A stretch of 64,000 nucleotides of DNA, from contig NZ_JAVJSQ010000018.1 of NCBI RefSeq assembly GCF_040219335.1, forward strand, positions 24,518 through 88,517, read 5' to 3'. The stretch's first letter is position 1, and each line of letters starts with the position of its first letter. Positions 10,844 through 21,460 of this stretch are shown piece by piece. This stretch comes from Gimesia sp. Lineage in GTDB: Bacteria; Planctomycetota; Planctomycetia; Planctomycetales; Planctomycetaceae. The position numbers were made by a program, and so were the translations under genes. Under the pieces are notes generated by a model. That model saw only the letters and a program-made list of their open reading frames with translations. It had not been told where the DNA came from and searched no databases.

Positions 10844-13800
10844 TGAGTCATGTATTAATTGTTGATGACGATGACAGAAATCTCTATTTTCTTCGAGTCA
10901 TCCTGCAAGGGAGTGGTCATCAGGTCGAAGAAGCAAAAAATGGGCAGGAAGCACTCACATGTGCTATGCAGAATGCTCCCGACCTGATCATTTCTGATCT
11001 TCTCATGCCCCAGATGGATGGTTTTGAACTGCTCCGAAAGTGGAAATCCCAGAAACAACTGCAGTCCATTCCATTCTTTGTCTATACGGCGACCTACACA
11101 ACTTCAGAAGATGAAGAACTGGCACTCGAACTCGGTGCCGACGCATTCCTGATCAAGCCAGCCGAGCCTGACCTGCTTAAGGCGAGAATTGACGAACTTC
11201 TCACTCCTGATGCTTCCGAGACGAAACAGCTGAAAAAACAGTCAATCAACAGCTCAAAAATACTGGAACAGTATTCTCATGTCTTAGTCCGAAAGCTGAA
11301 TGAAAAGGTCCAGCAGTTATCGCAGACCAACCTCTCCCTCGAACAGCTACTGGAGCAGCATCGAGAAACCGAAGTGTCGCTTCGTGAAAGTGAAGCACGC
11401 TACCGGGGACTGTTCAATTCGGTTACCGACCCCCTCTTTGTTTACGACAGGGAAACGCTTCGCTATCTGGCAGTCAATGATGCTGCAGTCTCTTCTTACG
11501 GGTATACCCGTGAAGAGTTTTTGACAATGACGCTCGAAGAAATTCGGCCTGCCGAGGAAGTCCTGCGTCTAAAAGAGATGCTGAGTAAATCAGGAACTGG
11601 CAAAGAACATCGAGGAATCTGGAAACATCGGCGTAAGTCGGATGAAATATTTGAAGTCGAGATCTTTGCGTATGGATTGGAGTTCGCAGGACGCCCCGCC
11701 TGCCTGGTCCAGGCCAGAGATCTGTCAGAGCAACGTCAGGCAGAAGCTGTAGCAGCCCAGACTTCAGAATTGTTGCAGGCCGTTGTTAATGGTGTCAATG
11801 ATGCTGTCTTCGTCAAGAATCGCGAAGGACAATACCTGCTGTTCAATCAGGCCGCAGCAAAATTTGTCGGTAAACCAATACAAGACGTTATCGGAAAGGA
11901 CGATACGGAAGTCTTTCCTGGTCCAGATGCACAACGCATTATGGAGAATGATCGCAAAGTCATGGAGTCGAACGAACTCCAGACGATTGAAGAAGTATTG
12001 GTAACAACCGAAGGTCCAAGAACATTCAGTGCCCATAAGGTCCCCTATCGTAACCAGCATGGCGATGTCATCGGTACCATTGGAATCTCACGGGATGTAA
12101 CTGAACAACGCGAAGCCGAACTGGCCAGGCAAGAAACCCAGGAGCGATTCGTACAACTTGCCGAGAATATTGAAGAAGTCTTCTGGCTGAGTGATCCCAG
12201 CACTTCCGAGATACTCTATATCAGTCCCAGTTTTGAACGGATCTGGGGATATCCCTGTCGTGAGCTCTATGAAAATCCCAATCTGTGGAAGGATATGATT
12301 CATCCGGAAGATCTGGCTCGAATCCAGCATTTGCTGCAGAATGAAGCCATTACAGGCTACGATGTCGAATATCGCATCAGCCGTCCCGATGAATCGATCC
12401 GCTGGATTTCTGATAAGGCGTTCCCCATCCGAGATCAACAAGGCAACGTATTCCGGGTCGCCGGCGTAGCTCAAGATATCTCGGAACGTAAAGAAGCCAT
12501 CATCGCTCTCGAAGCGAATGAGGCAAGATTTCGAATACTCGCCAAAGCGACTAACGATGCCATTTGGGATTGGGATCTCAAAACTCAATCATTGTGGTGG
12601 GGGGATGGCTTTGAGACTCTCTTTGGATTTTCTCGAGACGATGTCGAACCGACGATCGAATCGTGGTACAACCGAATTCACTCAGATGACAGGACCTGGG
12701 TCATCGATCAGGTCCATCAGGCCATCGAGTCCGGTGATGAATCCTGGGAAGGAGAGTATCGTTTCCTCCGCAAAGATGGCTCCTATGCTTATGTGCTTGA
12801 TCGCGGGCACGTGTTGCACGACGATAACGGAGTTGCAGTCCGTATGATCGGTGGCATGATGGACTTGACGGAACGTAAGCTGGCCGAGGAAACACTCCAT
12901 CTGCGTGATCGGGCCATTCAGGCGGTTTCACAGGGAATTCTGATAACAGACGCCAGTGACCCTGATAATGCGATCGTCTTCGCCAGCAAGGGTTTTGAAC
13001 TGATTACGGGATACTCGGCCCAGGAAGTCCTTGGCAGAAATTGCCGCTTTCTTCAGGGCACCAGGACAAATCCGGAAACCGTAACGCAAATTCGTAATGC
13101 GATTCGTGATCGCCAAAAGTGTGACGTCGAGATCTTAAACTATCGTAAAGATGGCACGGCTTTCTGGAATCAACTTTCGATATCCCCTGTTTATTCTCCC
13201 GAAGGGAAGTTATCCCACTTTGTGGGTATTCAGACTGATGTGACATCCCGGAAAAATCTGGAAGAACAGTTTCATCAAGCCCAGAAAATGGAAGCTGTCG
13301 GCAAACTTGCTGGAGGAGTTGCTCACGATTTCAACAATCTGCTCACCATTATCAACAGTTACAGCGAAATGCTTCTCGACGATCTCGGAGAGGATTTTCC
13401 GTTACGCGACTGGATTTCGCATATCTGGGATGCAGGTAATCGGGCGGAAGAACTCACGAAGCAGTTATTGACTTTCAGTCGGCAACATGTCATCGAACCC
13501 AAACTGATCGATTTGAACGAACTGGTCCGCGGCACGGAAAATATGCTGCACAGGTTGATCGGTGAGGATATTCTGCTTCAAGTCTCCCTGGAGCCCGGCC
13601 TCGATCAAGTGAAAATGGAACCAAGTCATCTGGAGCAGATACTGCTGAATCTGGCTGTGAATGCCCGTGATGCCATGCCTCGCGGCGGTACCCTCTCAAT
13701 TGCCACCGGTATGGTTGATCTGGATGAGACTTATTGTCAGATTATCCCGAATCTCCAACCAGGCCGTTTTGTTCTACTTACCATGAGCGATAGTGGTTCG

Positions 13801-14409
13801 GGCATTCCTGAGGAAGTAAAATCTAAAATATTTGAGCCGTTTTTTACAACTAAAGATGTCGGTAGGGGAACTGGGCTGGGTCTTTCAACCGTCCATGGGA
13901 TTGTGAAGCAAACTGGTGGGACGATCACCGTTTACAGCGAGATCGACCAGGGGACAACATTCAAAGTCTATCTGCCGGCTACTAGAACGCTTGGTGCTGA
14001 ACACTCCCCAAAAGCAACCACGTTTTCAGTTTCTCGCGGCACAGAAACGATTTTGGTCGCAGAAGATGAAGACGCGGTCAGGACGCTGACCGCTCAAATT
14101 TTGAGAAACTACGGGTACACAATCCATCTGACGTCCAATGGAAAAGAAGCGCTGGAATTCATGCAAACCAACGGAGATGCCGTTGATCTACTCATCTCCG
14201 ATGTCGTGATGCCTCATCTGGGCGGGCGTGAACTGGCTGAGAAAGTCCATCAGATCCACCCTAATTGCAAAATTCTGTTCCTGTCAGGTTACACCGATGA
14301 CGCGGTGATCCGACATGGCGTCTTGGCAACAGAGTTTACCTTCCTCCAGAAACCGTTTTCACCATCGAAGTTGGCCCAAAAAGTTCGTAACCTGCTCGAT
14401 CAGCAATAA
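10843..14409 (+). CDS. Hybrid sensor histidine kinase: REC - multiple PAS - LOV - HisKA/HATPase - REC
   Basis: N-terminal REC ([25 protein letters not shown]). Repeated PAS modules. Canonical LOV motif GRNCRFLQG (13033-13059). HATPase region ([31 protein letters not shown]). C-terminal REC ([25 protein letters not shown]). The start overlaps the stop of the upstream regulator. Confidence 0.9.
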   Translation: MSHVLIVDDDDRNLYFLRVILQGSGHQVEEAKNGQEALTCAMQNAPDLIISDLLMPQMDGFELLRKWKSQKQLQSIPFFVYTATYTTSEDEELALELGADAFLIKPAEPDLLKARIDELLTPDASETKQLKKQSINSSKILEQYSHVLVRKLNEKVQQLSQTNLSLEQLLEQHRETEVSLRESEARYRGLFNSVTDPLFVYDRETLRYLAVNDAAVSSYGYTREEFLTMTLEEIRPAEEVLRLKEMLSKSGTGKEHRGIWKHRRKSDEIFEVEIFAYGLEFAGRPACLVQARDLSEQRQAEAVAAQTSELLQAVVNGVNDAVFVKNREGQYLLFNQAAAKFVGKPIQDVIGKDDTEVFPGPDAQRIMENDRKVMESNELQTIEEVLVTTEGPRTFSAHKVPYRNQHGDVIGTIGISRDVTEQREAELARQETQERFVQLAENIEEVFWLSDPSTSEILYISPSFERIWGYPCRELYENPNLWKDMIHPEDLARIQHLLQNEAITGYDVEYRISRPDESIRWISDKAFPIRDQQGNVFRVAGVAQDISERKEAIIALEANEARFRILAKATNDAIWDWDLKTQSLWWGDGFETLFGFSRDDVEPTIESWYNRIHSDDRTWVIDQVHQAIESGDESWEGEYRFLRKDGSYAYVLDRGHVLHDDNGVAVRMIGGMMDLTERKLAEETLHLRDRAIQAVSQGILITDASDPDNAIVFASKGFELITGYSAQEVLGRNCRFLQGTRTNPETVTQIRNAIRDRQKCDVEILNYRKDGTAFWNQLSISPVYSPEGKLSHFVGIQTDVTSRKNLEEQFHQAQKMEAVGKLAGGVAHDFNNLLTIINSYSEMLLDDLGEDFPLRDWISHIWDAGNRAEELTKQLLTFSRQHVIEPKLIDLNELVRGTENMLHRLIGEDILLQVSLEPGLDQVKMEPSHLEQILLNLAVNARDAMPRGGTLSIATGMVDLDETYCQIIPNLQPGRFVLLTMSDSGSGIPEEVKSKIFEPFFTTKDVGRGTGLGLSTVHGIVKQTGGTITVYSEIDQGTTFKVYLPATRTLGAEHSPKATTFSVSRGTETILVAEDEDAVRTLTAQILRNYGYTIHLTSNGKEALEFMQTNGDAVDLLISDVVMPHLGGRELAEKVHQIHPNCKILFLSGYTDDAVIRHGVLATEFTFLQKPFSPSKLAQKVRNLLDQQ

Positions 14410-14642
14410 TCAAACGATTCTACGGTCAGTAACAGGGGACGGCCTGCAACAAATGAAGCTCGAACCAGACTCGAACGCCTCTGAGCGATGATGCTTGCCT
14501 GATCACAGCGTCGCTTTGCTTCGGCCAATAATATTTTTGCGGCCCCACCCGCTTCGGCAGATTGAATCGCGAGTAAGCCCGTACTACGTTCGAATCCCTT
14601 GTTGATCCAGATCGTCAAGCCATGCCTGTCGGTAATGATCAC
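14400..14642 (-). pseudogene. Possible truncated PAS-domain gene remnant
   Basis: (V)IITDRHGLTIWINKGFERSTGL resembles the core of a PAS domain lacking its N-terminal strand. A stop lies immediately upstream, and only 80 codons are present. Confidence 0.3.
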
Positions 14643-14707
14643 GATATTGAGTTATTCGAGGATCTCATTTGGAATTCTGATGCGGTTTGAATGATATAAT
14701 AATCACT

Positions 14708-16447
14708 TCATGAATGGATCTGATCACTTTCCTTTATCTGGCTGACAATCGCTTCCAGTTCGTCAGAGGATAAAGGCGGAGTGCGGAGGATTTCTGTCAT
14801 CTGATTGGTTTTTTCAATGGCAGTCAGAAAGACATCCTGCGATTCCATTCTTCCTTTCTGGTAATACTCGGACAACAGCTGATTGACTTTAAGAATACGC
14901 TGGGGCACAGGTTGGTCGCACATTTCCGCGAACGCCTCCGCGACCTGCATGCAACGTACCAGCCCCTGCGTCATAATAGGCAGATTCAATTCGCTAGCAT
15001 CCCTGTGATGGGCATACACGGGTTGCACGATGGAAAACGGAAAGCCCCAGGCTTGCAGAACAGCAGCAGAGACCATGCCATGATCAGTATTCGTGACCAG
15101 GTTTTCGGAAGTGATGAACTGCAACGTGGGAATTGTTCGAACTCGTTTTACGACCCGCTCAAAATAGGCTTCGCCATAGTGCTCGGCCAGCACCAGGATA
15201 CCGATCTCCTGCAATATTCCCAGCAGATAGGCTGTTTCCGGAGGTACAGAATCGAAATAGCGCGCGACGGACTCTGCTGTGGCGGCGATCAGGGAGGTGC
15301 GTTTGAGGTACCAGTGTCGGAACTCTTCCGCCCAGGGCATCATCAGCTTGGAACGGACAGTTCGCAAACCAAGCGAGAGGCAGATTGCAATTGCCTTCCT
15401 GGGGCCCAGTAGCGTGACGATGCCTTTCAAATCTTTTTGTTGCGAAGAGGCAGCGACCTGAGATGAGTTTGCAACCTTAATCAACTCTGAAGTCAGTCGC
15501 GAGTCCGTTTCAATTTCGCTGACGAGTTGTGGAATTGAAATTTCGAGGGAGGAACGGGTGGCATGTTCTACCAGTCTGGTCAGTACATGTGGAATCGGAG
15601 GGACATCGCTGAATTCCGTAACCAGTCGGCGGGCTGCGGAGTCGATCATCAGACAGTGGTGGGACAGGCGTGACATATACCCGTATGCCAGATTCAGAAT
15701 TTCTGTTTCGTCGGTTTCTTCCTCTATCGTTTTTTCGACCCCCTGGCAGTTTTCAATATTGAGGCGAGCGAGTGAGTCTCGGGAGCCTCTCAAGAATGCA
15801 GGAATATTGATCAGGTCAGCGTGGAGTCGTTCCACGATTTGATTCCCGCGCAGAAACCCAGAAATCTCCTGGTCGATGATCAGCAAATCCACCCGCTTTT
15901 CATTCACAATTTCCAGCAGATGATCAGTGCTGAGAGCTACGATCACATTCAAGGGGGACTCAGCAGCAGCCAGGACGATACGGTGGCAGAACGCCGAGTC
16001 CGGACTCAGAACAATGACATTGTGTTTTGAGCCGGGACGAGTCGTGGATGTGTCATCTGCCTGAACCGGTGCGATGTTCTTACGCTTTGAGTCGGTTTTC
16101 CGGGACAGAATTTCCAGCATGTTTTGCGAAAATTCTTTGTATTTAATTGGTTTGCGATATAGGTGTCTGATTCCGCGCTTCCGCAAATCTTCATCGATCA
16201 GGGGCTGCATTATGCCGGTGAGGACGCAGATTTCCGTTTGCTGATCCTGAAGTTTCATGAGCTCGGTACATAGGATGTGACCGTTCATCACCGGCATTTT
16301 GAGGTCGGTGATAATCAGATCGTACCGATGGAGAGCGCACATCTCCATGGCTTTTTCGCCATTTCCAGCTGTATCACACTGAAATCCAGCCTGAGATAAT
16401 ACGCGAGACAGAAGTTCGCGGATCGCTGATTCATCATCAACGATCAA
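14708..16447 (-). CDS. Response-regulator receiver + degenerate REC-like region + HDOD domain protein
   Basis: IVDDESAIRELL, DLIITDLKMPVMNG. C-terminal HDOD-like PPIPHVLTRLVEHATRSSLEISIPQLVSEIETDSRLTSELIKVANSS...LLGPRKAIAICLSLGL. TTG start. Confidence 0.8.
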   Translation of the reverse strand: MIVDDESAIRELLSRVLSQAGFQCDTAGNGEKAMEMCALHRYDLIITDLKMPVMNGHILCTELMKLQDQQTEICVLTGIMQPLIDEDLRKRGIRHLYRKPIKYKEFSQNMLEILSRKTDSKRKNIAPVQADDTSTTRPGSKHNVIVLSPDSAFCHRIVLAAAESPLNVIVALSTDHLLEIVNEKRVDLLIIDQEISGFLRGNQIVERLHADLINIPAFLRGSRDSLARLNIENCQGVEKTIEEETDETEILNLAYGYMSRLSHHCLMIDSAARRLVTEFSDVPPIPHVLTRLVEHATRSSLEISIPQLVSEIETDSRLTSELIKVANSSQVAASSQQKDLKGIVTLLGPRKAIAICLSLGLRTVRSKLMMPWAEEFRHWYLKRTSLIAATAESVARYFDSVPPETAYLLGILQEIGILVLAEHYGEAYFERVVKRVRTIPTLQFITSENLVTNTDHGMVSAAVLQAWGFPFSIVQPVYAHHRDASELNLPIMTQGLVRCMQVAEAFAEMCDQPVPQRILKVNQLLSEYYQKGRMESQDVFLTAIEKTNQMTEILRTPPLSSDELEAIVSQIKESDQIHS

Positions 16448-17300
16448 GGCATGGTAGATGAAAGTATTTATCAGAGTTCCTCCCCGGGAATCGCTTCTAA
16501 TGAAGAAATATTGATGTGTCTGGGCTCAATATTTTATGATACTTCATTTACTACATCGTCATGCGAAAAAGTGTCGGTGAGTCTGTTTATTGGTTAAAAC
16601 TTTTTGGTATTAAGTTAAGGTCAATCCCTCATTATGCACAATGAGCAATTATGTTCGTAACGAGTGGAACTACAGATATAGACTGAATGTTATTATGAGC
16701 AATAAAAAGGCTTCGAGACAGAGTTCTCTTCATTTCGGAAATGCAAACAGCGGTTCGTCCCCCATTCCGCCACGGATAAGACTTTGGTACGCCGCTGCGC
16801 AACATGATCGGCAATGGTGACGTCACGGATGACTTGATTCTGATCACCGACTTTGATTTGGAGAGCCTAAGCCGTGGATCTCACTACAGAAGAGGGAAAC
16901 TTCATCTCTAGATCCAGAAATCATTTACGAAGAAACGCCCAGCGGTCAGTTCAGGGGGATCCAGCACGCGCTGTGCTTGATCTCGACAAAGCATACACTC
17001 GGCAGAATCTCTCAAACGACGGCAGACGAAAAACTCAAGCAAACAATCGCCACTGACGAAATTTATAAAAGACCACGTATTCGTCCCCCACTGACACATC
17101 AGGAAGAATCCTGCACAGACAGCTAAGGGGTTTCAACCGGCAGACGCTACGCTTTGATTTCAGACAAGCTCTCAATGTTGAGGCCTTTCTGATCTGGAAA
17201 CAACGGGGCAATCTGTTTTCTGAAATAGCAGTCCAACCATTGAATATCCAGCCAGACGGTAGTCTTATTCACTGCCTGTCTCCACCACGAAAGACGTCCA

Positions 17301-18137
17301 ATGCCAACTCAATATGCAACGATCTCGATCAGTCACCACGGTAAACTTCTCGACCGATTCTGCACGTTTTCGATCTTCCTGCTTTTACTCATGATGATCA
17401 ACACTATGGCTGCTCAACAGGCACCAGGAGCCGAGATCGTTTGTTTGACGGTGGATGATCCGAACAATTACGAAGCGGTCACGTTTCTCAATCGCTACGC
17501 GACGCAGGAGCTTCGGCCGGCTGGCCATAGTGTTACGATTCTGGAAGGCAATCAGCCGTTGCCAACAGATATTCCCGGGTTGCTCAAAGCGGTTCCACGG
17601 GCCGACCTGTTGATTGTATTTATACGACGGGCAACGCTGCCAGCCGAACAGCTCGAAGCGATCAAAAAACATCTCAATGCGGGTAAACCGCTGCTGGGGA
17701 TTCGAACGGCCAACCACGCCTTTTTGCCTCGGGGTAAGGATGCCAAGCCTCCTGAAGGAAGAGCGGTCTGGCCGGAATTTACACCGGCTGTCCTCGGCGG
17801 ACAAAACACCGGTTATGAGACCCAGGGGTTGCCTTATCGGGTAACACGCCACCCAGATGCTCCCGCGAAAACGCCGTTCTTGAAAGGAATCGACCCGTCC
17901 AGCATTCGCGGTTACAAGTCGCTGTACCTGGTCTTGCCACTTGCCAAAGATGCTACCCCGCTGCTGCTTGGTAAGGCGGAGACAGATACGCCGACCCAGC
18001 CGTTAGCCTGGTACCGCACCTACGGTCCCAAACAGGCTAAGGTCTTTTACACAAGCCTGGGCGCCCCCGAGGATGTCAAACAGCCTGATGTGATCCGGCT
18101 CTACAACAATGCGATCACCTGGTTGCTGGCCGATTGA
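17301..18137 (+). CDS. ThuA-like (trehalose-utilisation/class-I glutamine-amidotransferase-like) secreted protein
   Basis: N-terminal hydrophobic segment. LLIVFIRRATLPAEQLEAIKKHLNAGKPLLGIRTANHAF and a C-terminal ..FYTSLG....F.....L..NAI.W resemble ThuA-domain proteins. Confidence 0.55.
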   Translation: MPTQYATISISHHGKLLDRFCTFSIFLLLLMMINTMAAQQAPGAEIVCLTVDDPNNYEAVTFLNRYATQELRPAGHSVTILEGNQPLPTDIPGLLKAVPRADLLIVFIRRATLPAEQLEAIKKHLNAGKPLLGIRTANHAFLPRGKDAKPPEGRAVWPEFTPAVLGGQNTGYETQGLPYRVTRHPDAPAKTPFLKGIDPSSIRGYKSLYLVLPLAKDATPLLLGKAETDTPTQPLAWYRTYGPKQAKVFYTSLGAPEDVKQPDVIRLYNNAITWLLAD

Positions 18138-18195
18138 CGAGTCGTTTTTACACTACCCCAGGTAGGACTCGCAGGTGGACATGCAGTCCCCCGTT

Positions 18196-19572
18196 TTATA
18201 TTTTCCAGGGCGCGTGATAGGGGCGTTGCAGCATCTGATTGGCTGCTTCATCACCGATGAACTGTTCTTTCTCCGGGTCCCACTTTAGTTTTCGTTTCAG
18301 CCGCATGGCAATGTTACCCAGGTGACAAATACTGGCGGTAGAATGTCCGGCCTCAACGGGTTCGATGGGATCTTTCCGCGACTTGACGGAGTCAATGAAG
18401 TTCTGGTAATGATTCTCGCTGACGGGCAGGTGAATCTCATCGGCTGCGATTACTGAATTCTTGATGGCATCTGAGGATGCTTCCACCTCGCGCATATTAT
18501 TCACACTGAATTGAACCCAGCCTTCGGTGCCCTCGATGCGGGCTCCAAACCCGGGTTCCTGTGTACGACAAATAAACTCGATACCGTTGGCGTAGCGTGC
18601 GCGGAAGTCGGTTTTCATCGCGGTGGTGTATAGATGCCCTTTGGGCGGCCAGACAACCCCTGGTTGGTTCTCGAATTCCACCGGGCCAGTGCCGTCCATG
18701 TCCAGCGCCCACTGGATGATATCGGTTGAATGCGCACCGGTGTTGGTGACCTGTCCCCCTGAATAATCGAGATGGAAGCGGAAACGGTAGAAGCAGCGAT
18801 CGCTGTGATAGGGGGCCATCGGTGCGGGGCCTAACCACATGTTGTAATCAAAACCAGCGGGTACGGGCATTTCCGGCCAGCCTGGGCCTGGTCCTGCACC
18901 GCTGCCATTAATAATAGAAACCACGCGTTTGACCTCGCCGATGCGACCATTGCGTACCAGTTCACACATGCGGCGCACGACTTTATTCGAGCGATACTGA
19001 GAGCCGGTCTGTAAAATACGATTGTGCTTGCGAACCGCTTTGATCATCTGCTGACCATCATGGACGGTGAGTGACATGGGTTTCTGGCAATAGACGTCTT
19101 TGCCGGCTTCACAGGCTTTGACAGTCGCCAGGGCATGCCAATGATCGGGTAAAGTGATCATGACGGCATCAATGTCTTCGCGTGCCAGAACATCGCGAAA
19201 GTCACTGTAGGCATCACATCCCTGGTACTTCCCCGAACGTACCTTTTTGGCATAGTACTCATTCACTTTTTTCTGAGCGGGATCGCGTCCCAGAAAATGT
19301 TCTTTACGAGCATAGCCACCACTGGCCTTGTTGACGTCACAGACGGCAACCACCTGCGCATCAGCGAGCCGCAACATACCGGGCAAGTCGGCACGACTCT
19401 GGTTTCCACAACCAATCTGGGCAATGTTGATGCGGTTACTGGGGGCATTCGCACCAAAGACAGAACTGGGAACGATGGTCGGCACCATAAACGCAGTACT
19501 GGCGGTTGCTATGAAGTCACGTCGCGTCAGCTTGCTGCTGTTATTCTCAGGGGGGAGATTAATATTTTGCAT
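18196..19572 (-). CDS. Gfo/Idh/MocA-family oxidoreductase with twin-arginine signal
   Basis: TRRDFIATASTAF TAT motif, Rossmann-type INIAQIGCGNQ, and the typical EKPM-like CQKPMSL motif. Confidence 0.85.
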   Translation of the reverse strand: MQNINLPPENNSSKLTRRDFIATASTAFMVPTIVPSSVFGANAPSNRINIAQIGCGNQSRADLPGMLRLADAQVVAVCDVNKASGGYARKEHFLGRDPAQKKVNEYYAKKVRSGKYQGCDAYSDFRDVLAREDIDAVMITLPDHWHALATVKACEAGKDVYCQKPMSLTVHDGQQMIKAVRKHNRILQTGSQYRSNKVVRRMCELVRNGRIGEVKRVVSIINGSGAGPGPGWPEMPVPAGFDYNMWLGPAPMAPYHSDRCFYRFRFHLDYSGGQVTNTGAHSTDIIQWALDMDGTGPVEFENQPGVVWPPKGHLYTTAMKTDFRARYANGIEFICRTQEPGFGARIEGTEGWVQFSVNNMREVEASSDAIKNSVIAADEIHLPVSENHYQNFIDSVKSRKDPIEPVEAGHSTASICHLGNIAMRLKRKLKWDPEKEQFIGDEAANQMLQRPYHAPWKI

Positions 19573-19770
19573 AGCGGAGTACTCTCTTGGAAATTGAGTA
19601 TGGAGCCGGTCAAAGTTTGGCCTCTACACTAAATTGGTGGCCATTTTCACCATATCATTTTAGGCGTTGTTAATGCTATCAAAAGCTAGCCCATGCCGAC
19701 CTTTTTATCCAAGATTCCCGATATGGATTGAGTCTGAAGTTCCCCAGAAATAGTGGGCGCTGGAATTAGG

Positions 19771-19965
19771 TTATACTGCCTGCTCAAACATTTCGGGACT
19801 CTGATAGCCCAGAGATGAATGGTGCCTTTCACCATTGTAGAACACTTCGATGTACTCGAAGATACTGTGACGGGCTGATGCCCGTGTCTCGTATTTCTGG
19901 CGATGAATCAGCTCTTTCTTGAGCGTTGCAAAGAAGCTTTCCATCACGGCATTGTCCCAACAGTC
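19771..19965 (-). pseudogene. IS3-family transposase (OrfB) C-terminal remnant
   Basis: [59 protein letters not shown] is the conserved end of IS3 rve transposases. The catalytic core is missing upstream. Confidence 0.8.
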
Positions 19966-21100
19966 TCTTGAAAAACGGAGTAAAATAGAAAACAGTATCG
20001 CAACATTTATTTTCATCGGAGCGAATGTTGCAGGAGCAGCATGTTTTGAACTGATCACTCCGGGATGAATATGGACAAGATAAATTACCATTCTTTTTTC
20101 AGCATTTTTAAATTCTTTCGATCATATAAGTAGATCGGGTTTATGTCCGACTTCGTTCGAGAACTGGCCATCTTCAGCTGTCTGCTTTTCACCAGTTTCT
20201 GTTTCTGGAAAGTAGAGAAAGGTTGATTGCTGGTTCCGACAATCAGAGACTGCTCTCAGCAGAGGCGCGGCAGTACATCCTCCCTGACCACTTACACGGG
20301 TGGTGAAGACGCCACTTTATCATTGCTCGTGCCCGGGATAACCGTTGTGGATCTGGGTTTCTCCCTCTGTCTCTGGAAACAGTTCCTGTTCCGCTGAACG
20401 ATTTTCAGTTACGGCGTTACGTTGCCTTTTCATACAATGACGCGTCTGGATGCTGGAACTGAGTGGTAGATCACATCGGAGGAATATGGTGCCTGCGGGA
20501 GTCTGGATCAAAGGTAACGTCGCCAGGCTGGCTGCCCTCAGTTTTGACAGGAGGCTGTTTTTGACCTGGTCTGTTTTCCTGTCTGTTTCCGGCTTGCTGC
20601 GCTTATCCTGAATTGCATTTGGGCAGACCCTTGTTTCTGGTTGGGCGTTCTAAAGTTGGTCATGTTGGTTTTAAATTTTGGGAATCGGCGTGGGGGAGTC
20701 AAGTGGATGCTGCGTGTTGACCTGCTCCGAATGTGCAGTGAAAAGGGTTGAGTCTGCTTTGAATTGCTCTGAGTCTGCTCCGAAATGAATTGAATATGTA
20801 CGAGATATTGAGAACCGGTTCATTTTGTTCCGGTGACAAACTGGAAAAATCGACGGCGATTCAGGTGCTTCTGAGTCACAAGTGGGACAGGTTCCAGTGC
20901 ACGCATCATCCGCCTCGCGCGCGAAGCAGAATTACAAAAGAATACGATTCGGAAAGTGTCGATCAAGTGCAATTTGTTCCGTTCCAGAGACAGAACTGCA
21001 CTGGAAATCGGGAAGGGGTTGCATGCAAGCGCTGATCAAAGAGAAAATTAAAAGGGAAGGTTGCCATGAGAGGATCGCGGGGGCTGTGAGGGCAAAGAAA

Positions 21101-21130
21101 AACGGCTGCCCACTTTGGTGAGCAGCCGTT
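21101..21130 (-). terminator. Hairpin; reads as a terminator on the minus strand
   Basis: aacggctgc / gcagccgtt stem. The minus-strand reading is followed by tttctttg. Confidence 0.5.
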
Positions 21131-21132
21131 GG

Positions 21133-21147
21133 AGTGGAGGCGGCGGG
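21133..21147. repeat. 15-nt motif agtggaggcggcggg (copy A; copy B at 34307-34321)
   Basis: Exact 15/15 match between the two sites. Both lie immediately after a hairpin. Confidence 0.8.
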
Positions 21148-21258
21148 TGTCGCTCCTGAGGCGGATTTTCAAGCTGGAAATGAGCTCAGTAAGTAATTGA
21201 GAATTAGACACTTGGGTTGATGTGGCTAGCGGGAGACTTGCTTTGGGGATTTGCTGAA

Positions 21259-21287
21259 TCGGACACATTCGGACAACGAATCGGACA
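21259..21287. repeat. Three closely spaced TCGGACA motifs
   Basis: tcggaca at 21259, 21269 and 21281. Counterpart tcaga(c/t)a x3 at 34417-34443. Confidence 0.7.
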
Positions 21288-21400
21288 GGCAATGAGAGCG
21301 GTCTTGCTTCAGACAATAGCCATAAAAACTGGGGAAGACTATACGGAGTGATTAAGGTGTCACAGTTCATCCATTGCTGGAACGCTTTGACTAACCCAGA

Positions 21401-21445
21401 CGCGAGAACTCGCACGAAAATGTCTGGATTGTTGAGAACAACAGC
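21401..21445. repeat. Solo copy of the IS terminal inverted repeat (right-end orientation)
   Basis: cgcgagaactcgcacgaaaatgtctggattgttgagaacaacagc versus IRR gcgagaactcgcgcgaaaatgtcgggaatgtcatgacaaacagc (34101-34144), about 80 percent identical by eye. Confidence 0.65.
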
Positions 21446-21460
21446 GGTGTATAATCATTT

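Noticed and set aside
14575-14600. T-loop-like gttcgaatcc suggesting a tRNA.
   Set aside because: No complementary T-stem, acceptor stem or anticodon arm can be drawn around it.
16632-17290. Several short ORFs and protein-like fragments between the REC-HDOD gene and the ThuA-like gene. One example is ...VWLDIQWLDCYFRKQIAPLFPDQKGLNIESLSEIKA* on the minus strand.
   Set aside because: The fragments are in different frames, and there are no motifs I can name. This is probably eroded sequence or ordinary promoter region.
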